Source: the human T2T-CHM13v2.0 reference genome, Homo sapiens. From it: a stretch of 64,000 bases of DNA. Positions 1-12,000 of this stretch are shown one piece after another. Every line of letters begins with the position of its first letter. The first letter of the stretch is position 1. The notes beneath the pieces are model-generated. The model made no database searches and was not told the DNA's origin. It saw nothing but the letters and a program-made list of their open reading frames with translations. Position numbers and translations under genes: made by a program. The stretch lies in the NCBI RefSeq assembly GCF_009914755.1, contig NC_060933.1. One strand, given 5' to 3'.

Positions 1-1148
1 GAATGGAATGCAATGGAATGGAATGGAAAGGAATGGAATGAACGCGAGTGCAGGGGATTGGAATGTAATGGAATGCAATGGAATGTAATCTTCCGGAATG
101 GAATGGAATGCAATGCAATGGAATCAACTCGATTGCAATGGAATGGAATGGAATGGAATTGAATGCAAGGGATTCATCTCGATTGCAATGGAATGGAATA
201 GAATGGAATGGAATGGAATGCAATGGAATTAACCCGAATAAAATGGAATGGAATGGAATGGAACGGAACGGAACAGAACGGAATGGAATGGAATGGAATG
301 GAATGGTATTGAATGGAATGGAATGGTACGGAATAGAATGGAATGGAACGAATTGTAATGGAATGGAATTGAATGGAATGGAATGGAATGGAATGGAATC
401 AACGCGAGTGCAGGGGAATGTAATGGAACGGAATGCAATGGAATGGAATCATCCGCAATATAATGGAATGGAATGGAATGGAATGGAATCAACCCGAGTG
501 CAATGGAGTGGAGTGGAATGGAATGGAATGAAATGGAACAACCCTAATGGAATGGAATGTAATGCAGAGTAAGGGAGTTGAATAGAATCAATCCGAATGT
601 AATGGAATGGAATGCAACGGAATGGAATGGAATGGAATGGAATGGAATGGAATGCAATGGAATTGAATCAACCCGAGTACAATGGAATGGAATGGAATGG
701 AATGGAATGGAAGGGAATGGAATGGAATGGAATGATACGGAATAGAATGGAATGGAACGAAATGGAATGGAATGGAATGGAATGGAATGGAATGGAATGG
801 AATGGAATGGAATCGTTCCGAGTGGAATAGGAGGGAATGTATTCGAGTGGAATGGAAAGGAATGGAATCAACCAGAGTGGAATGGAAGGGAATGGAATGG
901 AATGGAAACTAATAGAATGGAATCAACCCGAGAGGAATGGAATGGAAAGGACTGGAATGGAATGGAATGGAATGGAATCAACTCGATTGTAATGGAATGG
1001 AATGGAATGGAATCGAATGGAATGGAATTAACCCGAATACAATGCAATGGAATGGAACGGAAAGGAATGGAATTGAATGGAATGGAATGGAATGGAATGC
1101 AATCAACGCGAGTGCAGGGGAATGGAATGTAATGGAATGTAATGGAAT

Positions 1149-4100
1149 GGAATCTTCCGGAATGGAATGGAATGGAATGGAATCAACCCGAGTGCAATGG
1201 AATGGAGTGGAATGGAATGGAATGGAATGGAACAACCCGAATGGAATCGAATGTAATGGAGAGTAAGGGAGTTGAATAGAATCAATCCGAATGTAATGGA
1301 ATGGAATGGAATGGAATGGAATGGAATGGAATGGAATGGACTGCAATGGAATGGCATCAACCCGAGTGCAATGGAATGGAGAGGAATGGAATGGAATGGA
1401 GTGGAAACTACCCGAATGGAATGGAATGTAATGAAGTGTAAGGGAATTGAATAGAATCAATCCGAATGTAATGGAATGGAATGGAACGGAATGGAATGGA
1501 ATGGAATGGAATGGAATGGAATGCAATGGAATGGAATCAACCCGAGTGCAATCGAATGGAATCGAATGGAATGGACTGCAATGGAATGGATTCAACTTGA
1601 ATGGAATGGAAAGAATGGAATCAACACGAGTGGAATGGCATGGATTGGAATGGAATGGAATGGAATCAACCCGAGTACAGGGGAATGGAATGGAATGGAA
1701 TGCAATGGAATGGAATCATCCGTAATGGAATGGAAAGGAATGGAATGGAATGGAATGGAATGGAATGGAATGGAATCAACTCGATTGCAATCGAATGGAA
1801 TGGAATGGAATTAACCCGAATAGAATGGAATGGAATGGAATGGAACGGAATGGAATGGAATGGAATGGAATAGAATGGAACGGAACGGAATGGAATGGAA
1901 TGGAATGGAATGGAATGGAATGGAATCAATGCGAGTGCAGGGGAATGGAATGGAATGGAATGCAATGGAATGGAATCTTCCGGAATGGAATGGAATGGAA
2001 TGGAATGGAATGGAATGGAATGAAATGCAATGGATTAAACTCGATTGCAATGGAATGGAATAGAATGGAATGGAATGGAATGGAATGGAATTAACCCGAA
2101 TAGAATGGAATGGAATACAATGGAACGGAATGGAACGGAATGGAATGGAATGGAATGGAATGGAATGGAATGGTATGGAATGGAATGGAATGGTACGGAA
2201 TAGAATGGAATGGAACGAATGGTAATGGAATGGAATTGAATGGAATGGAATGGAATCAACGCGAGTGCAGGGGAATGTATTGGAACGGAAGGCAATGGAA
2301 TGGAATCATCCGGAATGGAATGGAATGGAATGGAATGGAATCAACCCGAGTGCAATGAAATGGAGTGGAATGGAATGGAATGGAATGGAACAACCCGAAT
2401 GGAATGGAATGTAATGGAGAGTAAGGGAGTTGAATAGTATCAATCCGAATGTAATGCAATGGAATGCAACGGAATGGAATGGAATGGAATGGAATGGAAT
2501 GCAATGGAATGGAATCAACACGAGTACAATGGAATGGAATGGAATGGAATGGAATGGAATGGAATGGAATGGAATGCCTTCAAACCGAATGGAATGGAAA
2601 GGAATGGAATCAACAAGAGTGGAATGGAATGGAATGGAATGGAATGGAATGGAATGGAATGGAATGATACGGAATAGAATGGAATGGAACGGAATGGAAT
2701 GGAATGGAATGGAATGGAGTAGAATGGAATCGTTCCGAGTGGAATAGGAGGGAATGTATTCGAGTGGAATGGAAAGGAATGGAATCAACCAGAGTGGAAT
2801 GGAAGGGAATGGAATGGAATGGAAACTAATAGAATGGAATCAACCCGAGTGGAATGGAATGGAAAGGACTGGAATGGAATGGAATGGAATGGAATGGAAT
2901 GGAATCAACTCGATTGGAATGGAATGGAATGGAATGGAATGGAATTAACCCGAATACAATGGAATGGAATGGAATGGAACGGAATGGAGTGGAATGGAAT
3001 GGAATCAACCCGAGTGCAGGGGAATGGAATGGAATGGAATGCAATGGAATGGAATCATCCGGAATGGAATGGAATGGAATGGAATGCAAAGCAATGGAAT
3101 CAACTCGATTGCAATGGAATGGAATGGAATGGAACGGAACGGAATGGAATGGAATGGAATGGAATGGAATCAACGCGAGTGCAGGGGAATGGAATGGAAT
3201 GGAATGAAATGGAATGGAATCTTCCGGAATGGAATGGAATGGAATGGAATGGAATGAAAGGCAATGGATTCAACTCGTTTGCAATGGAATGGAATAGAAT
3301 GGAACGGAATGGAATGGAATGGAATGGAATGGAATGGAATGGAATGGAATGGAATCAACTCGATGGCAATCGAACGGAATGGAATGGAATTAACCCTAAT
3401 AGAATGGAATCGAATGGAATCGAACGGAACGGAATGGAATGGAATGGAATGGAATGGAATGGAACGGAACGGAATGGAATGGAATGGAATGGAATGGAAT
3501 GGAATGGAAAGGAATCGAATCAACGCGAGTGCAGGGGAATGGAATGTAATGGAATGCAATGGAATGGAATCTTCCGGAATGGAATGGAATGTAATGGAAT
3601 CAACCCGAGTGCAATGGAATGGAGTGGAATGGAATGGAATTGAATGGAATGGAATGGAATCAACTCGATTGCAATCGAACGGAATGGAATGGAATTAACC
3701 CGAATAGAATGGAATGGAATGGAATGGAATGGAACGGAACGGAACGGAATGCATTGGAATGGAATGGAATGGAATGGAATGGAATGGAACGGAAAGGAAT
3801 GGAATGGAATGGAATGGAATGGAATGGAATGGAATCAACGCGAGTGCAAGGGAATGGAATGGAATGGAATGCAATGGAATGGAATCCTCCGGAATGGAAT
3901 GGAATGGAATGGAATGGAATGGAATGGAATGGAATAAACCCGAGTGCAATGGAATGGAGTGGAATGGAATGGAATGGAATGGAACAACCCGACTGGAATG
4001 GAATGTAATGGAGAGTAAGGGAGTTGAATAGAATCAATCCGAATGTAATGGAATGGAATGGAAAGGAATGGAATGGAATGGAACAACCCGAATGGAATGG

Positions 4101-7100
4101 AATCTAATGGAGAGTAAGGGAGTTGAATAGGATCAATCCGAATGTAATGGAATGGAATGGAACGGAATGGAATGGAATGGAATGGAATGGAATGCAATGG
4201 AATGGAATCAACCCGAGTGCAATGGAATGGAGAGGAATGGAATGGAATGGAATGGAAACTACCCGAATGGAATGGAATGTAATGGAGTGTAAGGGAATTG
4301 AATAGAATCAATCCGAATGTAATGGAATGGAATGGAACGGAATGGAATGGAATGGAATGGAATGGAATGGAATCAACCCGAGTGCAATCGAATGGAATCG
4401 AATGGAATGGAATACAATGGAATGGATTCAACTTGAATGGAATGGAAAGAATGGAATCAACACGAGTGGAATGGCATGGATTGGAATGGAATTGAATGGA
4501 ATCAACCCGAGTACAGGGGAATGGAATGGAATGGAATGCAATGGAATGGAATCATCCGTAATGTAATGGAAAGGAATGGAATGGAATGGAATGGAATGGA
4601 ATCAACTCGATTGCAATCGAATGGAATAGAATGGAATTAACCCAAAGAGAATGGAATGCAATGGAATGGAACGGAACGGAATGGAATGGAATGGAATGGA
4701 ATGGAATGGAATGGAACGGAACGGAATGGAATGGAATGGAATGGAATGGAATGGAATCAACGCGAGTGCAGGGGAATGGAATGGAATGGAATGCAATGGA
4801 ATGGAATCTTCCGGAATGAAATGGAATGGAATGGAATGCAATGGAATGGAATGGAATGCAATGGATTCAACTCGATTGCAATGGAATGGAATAGAATGGA
4901 ATGGAATGGAATGGAATGGAATTAATCCGAATAGAATGGAATGGAATGGAATGGAATGGAATGGTATGGAATGGAATGGAATGGTACGGAATAGAATGGA
5001 ATGGAACGAATTTTAATGGAATGGAATTGAATGGAATGGAATGGAATGGAATGGAATGGAATCAACGCGAGTGCAGGGGAATGTAATGGAACGGAATGCA
5101 ATGGAATGGAATCATCCAGAATGGAATGGAATGGAATGTAATCAACCCGAGTGCAATGGAATGGATTGGAATGGAATGGAATGGAATGGAACAACCCGAA
5201 TGGAATGGAATGTAATGGAGAGTAAGGGAGTTGAATAGAATCAATCCGAATGTAATGGAATGGAATGCAACGGAATGGAATGGAATGGAATGGAATGAAA
5301 TGCAATGGAATTGAATCAACCCGAGTACAATGGAATGGAATGGAATGGAATGGAATGGAATGGAATGGAATGATACGGAATAGAATGGAATGGAACGAAA
5401 TGGAATGGAATGGAATGGAATGGAATGGAATGGAATGGAATGGAATGGAATGGAATCGTTCCGAGTGGAATAGGAGGGAATGTATTCGAGTGGAATGGAT
5501 AGGAATGGAATCAACCAGAGTGGAATGGAAGGGAATGGAATGGAATGGAAACTAATAGAATGGAATCAACCCGAGTGGAATGGAATGGAAAGGACTGGAA
5601 TGGAATGGAATGGAATGGAATCAACTCGATTGTAATGGAATGGAATGGAATGGAATGGAATGGAATGGAATGGAATGGAATTAACCCGAATAGAATGGAA
5701 TGGAATGGAATGGAACGGAACGGAACGGAACGGAACGGAATGGAATGGAATGGAATGGAATGGAATGGAATGGAATGGAAAGAACCCGACTGCAAGGGGA
5801 TGGAATGGAATGGAATGCAATGGAATGGATTCAACTTGAATGGAATGGAAAGAATGGAATCAACACGAGTGGAATGGCATGGATTGGAATGGAATGGAAT
5901 GGAATCAACCCGAGTACAGGGGAATGGAATGGAATGGAATGCAATGGAATGGAATCATCCGTAATGGAATGGAAAGGAATGGAATGGAATGGAATGGAAT
6001 TGAATGGAATGGAATGGAATCAACTCGATTGCAATCGAACGGAATGGAATGGAATTAACCCGAATAGAATGGAATGGAATGGAATGGAAAGGAACGGAAC
6101 GGAATGGAATGCATTGGAATGGAATGGAATGGAATGGAATGGAATGGAACGGAAAGGAATGGAATGGAATGGAATGGAATGGAATGGAATCAACGCGAGT
6201 GCAAGGGAATGGAATGGAATGGAATGCAATGGAATGGAATCTTCCGGAAAGGAATGGAATGGAATGGAATGGAATGGAATAAACCCGAGTGCAATGGAAT
6301 GGAGTGGAATGGAATGGAATGGAATGGAACAACCCGAATGGAATGGAATGTAATGGAGAGTAAGGGAGTTGAATAGAATCAATCCTAATGTAATGGAATG
6401 GAATGGAAAGGAATGGAATGGAATGGAACAACCCGAATGGAATGGAATGTAATGGAGAGTAAGGGAGTTGAATAGGATCAATCCGAATGTAATGGAATGG
6501 AATGGAACGGAATGGAATTGAATGGAATGGAATGGAATGGAATGGAATGGAATCAACCCGAGTGCAATGGAATGGAGAGGAATGGAATGGAATGGAATGG
6601 AAACTACCCGAATGGAATGGAATGTAATGGAGTGTAAGGGAATTGAATAGAATCAATCCGAATGTAATGGAATGGAATGGAATGGAATGGAATGGAATGG
6701 AATGCAATGGAATGGAATCAACCCGAGTGCAATCGAATGGAATCGAATGGAATGGAATACAATGGATTGGATTCAACTTGAATGGAATGGAAAGAATGGA
6801 ATCAACACGAGTGGAATGGCATGGATTGGAATGGAATGGAATGGAATCAACCCTAGTACAGGGGAATGGAATGGAATGGAATGCAATGTAATGGAATCAT
6901 CCGTAATGTAATGGAAACGAATGGAATGGAATGGAATGGAATGGAATCAACTCGATTGCAATCGAATGGAATAGAATGGAATTAACCCGAATAGAATGGA
7001 ATGGAATGGAATGGAACGGAACGGAATGGAATGGAATGGAATGGAATGGAAGGGAACGGAACGGAATGGAATGGAATGGAATGGAATGGAATGGAATCAA

Positions 7101-7402
7101 CGCGAGTGCAGGGGAATGGAATGGAATGGAATGCAATGGAATGGAATCTTCCGGAATGAAATGGAGTGGAATGGAATGGAATGGAATGGAATGGAATCAA
7201 CTCGATTGCAATCGAATGGAATGGAATGGAATTAACCCGAATAGAATGTAATGGAATGGAATGGAACGGAACGGAACGTAATGGAATGGAATGGAATGGA
7301 ATGGAACGGAAAGGAATGGAATGGAATGGAATGGAATGGAATCAACGCGAGTGCAGGGGAATGGAACGGAATGGAATGCAATGGAATGGAATCTTCCGGA
7401 AT
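1149..7402. promoter_or_regulatory. Eight perfect 3-unit heat-shock-element matches (nGAAnnTTCnnGAAn = GGAATCTTCCGGAAW)
   Basis: Seen at 1149, 1972, 3216, 3566, 4803, 6236, 7143 and 7388 (15 bp each). Motif match only; occupancy is not shown. Confidence 0.55.
3636..7170 (+). repeat. Direct duplication ~3636-4830 = ~5996-7170 (offset ~2.35 kb), followed by a partial third copy to ~8100
   Basis: Shared rare variants: GCATTGG 3751/6111, ATAGGATCAATCCG 4127/6472, CCGTAATGTAATGG 4556/6901, CCGGAATGAAAT 4811/7151. Confidence 0.85.
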
Positions 7403-8360
7403 GGATCGGAATGGAATGGAATGGAATGGAATGGAATGGAATGGAATGGAATAAACCCGAGTGCAATGGAATGGAGTGGAATGGAATGGAATGGAATGGA
7501 ACAACCCGAATGGAATGCAATGTAATGGAGAGTAAGGGAGTTGAATAGAATCAATCCGAATGTAATGGAATGGAATGGAACGGAATGGAATTGAATGGAA
7601 TGGAATGGAATGCAATGGAATGGAATCAACCCGAGTTCAATGGAATAGAGAGGAATGGAATGGAATGGAATGGAAACTACCCGAATGGAATGGAATGTAA
7701 TGGAGTGTAAGGGAATTGAATAGAATCAATCCGAATGTAATGGAATGGAATGGAACGGAATGGATTGGAATGGAATGGAATGGAAAGGAATGGAATGGAA
7801 TGGAATGGAATGGATTGGAATGGAATGGAATGCAATGGAATGGAATCAACCCGAGTGCAATCGAATGGAATCGAATAGAATGGAATGCAATGGAATGGAT
7901 TCAACTTGAATGGAATGGAAAGAATGGAATCAACACGAGTGCAATGGCATGGATTGGAAAGGAATGGAATGGAATCAACCCGAGTACAGGGGAATGGAAT
8001 GGAATGGAATGCAATGGAATGGAATCATCCGTAATGGAATGGAAAGGAATGGAATGGAATGGAATGGAATGGAATGGAATGGAATCAACTCGATTGCAAT
8101 CAAATGGAATGGAATGCAATTAACCGAATAGAATGGAATGGAATGGAATGGAATGGAACGGAAAGGAAAGGAATGGAATGGAATAGAATGGAATGGAATG
8201 GAATAAACGCGAGTGCAGGGGAATGGAATGGAATGGAATGCAATGGAATGGAATCATACGGAATGGAATGGAATGGAATGGAATGGATTCAACCCGAATG
8301 GAATGGAAAGGAATGGAATCAACCCGAGTGGAATGGCATGGAATGGAATGGAATGGAATG

Positions 8361-8480
8361 GACTGGAATGGAATGGAATGGTACGGAATAGAATGGAATG
8401 CAACGAAATGGAATGGAATGGACTGGAATGGAATTGAATGGTACGGAATAGAATGGAATGCAACGAAATGGAATGGAATG
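8361..8480 (+). repeat. 60-bp tandem duplication
   Basis: GACTGGAATG...GTACGGAATAGAATGGAATGCAACGAAATG... occurs at 8361-8420 and 8421-8480 with one mismatch. Confidence 0.9.
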
Positions 8481-9004
8481 GAGTGGAATGGAACGGAATG
8501 GAATGGAATCAACCTGCGTGCAATGGAATGGAGTAGAGTGGAATGTAATGGAATGGAAACAGCCCGAATGGAATGGAATGTAATGGAGTGTAAGGGAATT
8601 GAGTGCAGTCAATCAGAATGTAATGGAATGGAATGGAACGGAATGGAATGGAATGGAATGTAATGGAATGCAGTGGAATGGAATCATACCTAGTGCAACG
8701 GAATAGAATGGAATGGAATGGAATGGAAAGGAATGGAATGGAATGGAATGGAATGGAATGGATTGGATTCAACCCAAATGGAATGGAAAGCAATGGAATC
8801 AACCCGAGTGGAATGCCACGGAATGGAATGAAATGGAATGGAATGTAATGGTACGGAATAGAATGGAATGGTACGAAATGGAATGGAATGGAATGGAATG
8901 GAACGGAATGGAATGCAATCAACTCGATTGCAATGGAATGGAATGGAATGGAATGGAATTAACGCGAATGGAATAGTACGGAATGGAATGGAATGGAAAG
9001 GAAT

Positions 9005-12000
9005 GGAATCAATCTGAGTGCAGGGGAATGGAATGGAATGGAATGCAATGGAATGGAATGGAATGGAATGGAATGCAATGGAATCAACTCGATTGCAATG
9101 GGATGGAATGGAATGGAATGGAATGGAATTAACCTGAACAGAATGGAACGGAATGGAATATAGCAGAATGGAATGGAATGGAATGGAATGCAATGGAATG
9201 GAATGGAATGCAATGCAATGGAATGGGATCAACCCGAGTGCAGGGGAATGGAATGGAATGGAATGCAATGGAATGGAGTCATCCGGAATGGAATTTAATG
9301 GAATGGAATGCAATGGAATGGAATCAATCAACCCGAGTTCAATAGAATGCAGTGGAAAGGAATGGAATGGAATGGAAAGTACCCGAATGGAATGGAATGT
9401 AATGGAGTGTAAGGGAATTAAAAAGAATCAATCCGAATGTAATGGAATGGAATGGAACGGAATGGAATGGAATGGAATGGATTGGAATGGAATGGAATGG
9501 AATGAAATGGAATGGCATGGAATGGAATGGAATCAACCCGAGTGCAATAGAATGGAATGGAATGGAATGGAATGGAATGGAATGGAATCAACCCGAATGG
9601 AATGGAAAGGAATGGAATAAACCTGAGTGAAATGGCATGGAAGGGAATGGAATGGAATGGAATGATACGGAATAGAATGGAATGGAACGAAATGGAATGG
9701 AAAGGAATGGAATGGAATGGAATGGAATGGAATGAACCCGTGTGCAATGGAATGGAATGGAATGGAATGGAATGGAATGGAATGGAATGAAATGGGGTCA
9801 ACTCGAATAGAATGTAAAGCAATGGAATCAACCCAAGTGGAATGGCATGGAACGGAATGAAATGGAATGGAATGGAATGGAATGGAATGGAATGGAATGA
9901 AATGGAATGGAATGGAATGGAATGAAATGGAATGGAATGGAATGGAATGGAATCAACCCGAGTGCAATGTAATGGAATGGAATGGAATGGAATGGAAAGG
10001 AATGGAATGGAATGAAAAGGAATGGATTCAACCCGAATGGAATGGAAAGGAATGGAATAAACCCGAGTGGAATGGCATGGAATGGAGTGGAATGGAATGG
10101 AATGGAATGGAATGGTGCGGAAGAGAATGGAATGGAACGAAATGGAATGGAATGGAATTGAATGGAATGGAATGGAATGGAATGGAATGGAATGAACCCG
10201 TGTGCAATAGAATGGAATGGAATGGAATGGATTCAACTCGAATGGAATGGAAAGGAATGGAATCAACCCGAGTGGAATGGCATGGAATGGAATGGAATGG
10301 AATGGAATGGAATGGTATGGAATAGAATGGAATGGAACGAAATGGAATGGAATGGAATGGAATGGAATGGAATGGAATGGAATGGAATCAACCCGAGTGC
10401 AGGGGAATGGAATGGAATGGAAGGCAATGGAATGGAATCATCCGGAATTGAATGGAATGGAATGGAATGGAATGGAATGGAATCAACTCGATTGAAATGG
10501 AATGGAATGGAATGGAATGGAATGGAATGGAATGGAATGGAATGGAATGGAATGGAATTAACCCTAATAGAATGGAATGGAATGCAATGGAATGGAAGGG
10601 AATGGAATGGAATGGAATTAACCCGAATAGAATGGAATGGAATGGAATGGAATGGAATGGAATGGAATGGAATGGAAAGGAATGGAATCAACTCGATTTC
10701 AATGGAATGGAATGGAAAGGAATGGAATGGAATGAAAGGGAATGGAATGCAATGGAATGAAATTAACCCGAATAGAATGGAATGGAATGGAATGGAATGG
10801 AATGGAATGGAATGGAATGGAATGGAATGTAATGGAATGGAATAGAATGGAATCCACCCGAGTGAACTGGAATGGAATGGAATGGAATGCAATGGAATGG
10901 AATCATACGGAATGGAATGGAATGGAATGGAATGGATTCAACCCGAATGGAATGGAAAGGAATGGAATCAACCCGAGTGGAATGGCATGGAATGGAGAGG
11001 AATGGAATGGAATGGAATGGTACGGAATAGAATGGAATGGAACGAAATGGAATGGAATGGAATGGAATGGAATCAACCTGAGTGCAATGGAATGGAGTGG
11101 AATGGAATGGAATAGAATGGAATCCAACCGAGTGCAGGGGAATGGAATGGAATGGAATGCAATGGAATGGAATCATACGGAATGGAATGGAATGCAATGG
11201 AATGGATTCAACCCGAATGGAATGGAACGGAATGGAATCAACCCGACTGGAATGGCATGGAATGGAGTGGAATGGAATAGAATGGAATGGTTCGGAATAG
11301 AATGGAATGGAACGAAATGGAATGGAATGGAATGGAATGGAATGGAATCAACCTGAGTGCAATGGAATGGAGTGGAATGGAATGTAATGGAATGGAAACA
11401 ACTCGAATAGAATAGAATGTAATGGAGTGTAAGGGAATTGAGTACAATCAATCCGAATGTAATGGAATGCAGTGGAACGGAATGGAATGGAATGGAATGG
11501 AATGGAATGGAATGCAGTGGAATGGAATCATACCTAGTGCAATGGAATGGAATGGAATGAAATGGAATGGAATGGAATGGATTGGATTCAACCCAAATGG
11601 AATGGAAAGCAATGGAATCAACCCGAGTGTAATGGCATGGAATGGAGTGGAATGAAATGGAATGGAATGGAATGGTACGGAATAGAATGGAATGGAACGA
11701 AATGGAATGGAATGGAATGGAATGGAACGGAATGGAATGGAATCAACTCGATTGCAATGTAATGTAGTGCAATGGAATGGAATGGAATTAACGCGAATAG
11801 AATGGAACGGAATGGAATGGAATGGAATGGAATGGAATCAACTCGATTGAAATGGAATGGAATGGAATGGAATGGAATGGAATCAATCTGAGTGCAGGGG
11901 AATGGAAGGGAATGGAATGCAATGGAATGGAATGGAATGGAATGCAATGGAATCAACTCGATTGCAATGGGATGGAATGGAATGGAATGGAATGGAATTA

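Larger units (their letters stand above)
1..8240 (+). repeat. HSat3 domain A (left), irregular ~1.9-2.8 kb higher-order units
   Basis: Diagnostic landmarks: ATCGTTCCGAGTGGAATAGGAGGGAATGTATTCGAG (~814, 2731, 5457), GGAAACTAATAG, GAGAGTAAGGGAGTTGAATAG, TTCAACTTGAATGG (~1591, 4427, 5830, 6772, 7900), ATCATCCGTAAT, ATCTTCCGG. Confidence 0.85.

Noticed and set aside
566-600. TAAGGG as a telomere-variant repeat or interstitial telomere
   Set aside because: Always a single hexamer within a landmark, never tandem, with no TTAGGG arrays.
811-850. ATCGTTCCGAGTGGAATAGGAGGGAATGTATTCGAG as a foreign insert, CENP-B box or ribosome-binding site
   Set aside because: It stays in the 5-bp register as diverged pentamers, does not match the CENP-B box (TTCGnnnnAnnCGGG), and AGGAGG has no meaning in this context.
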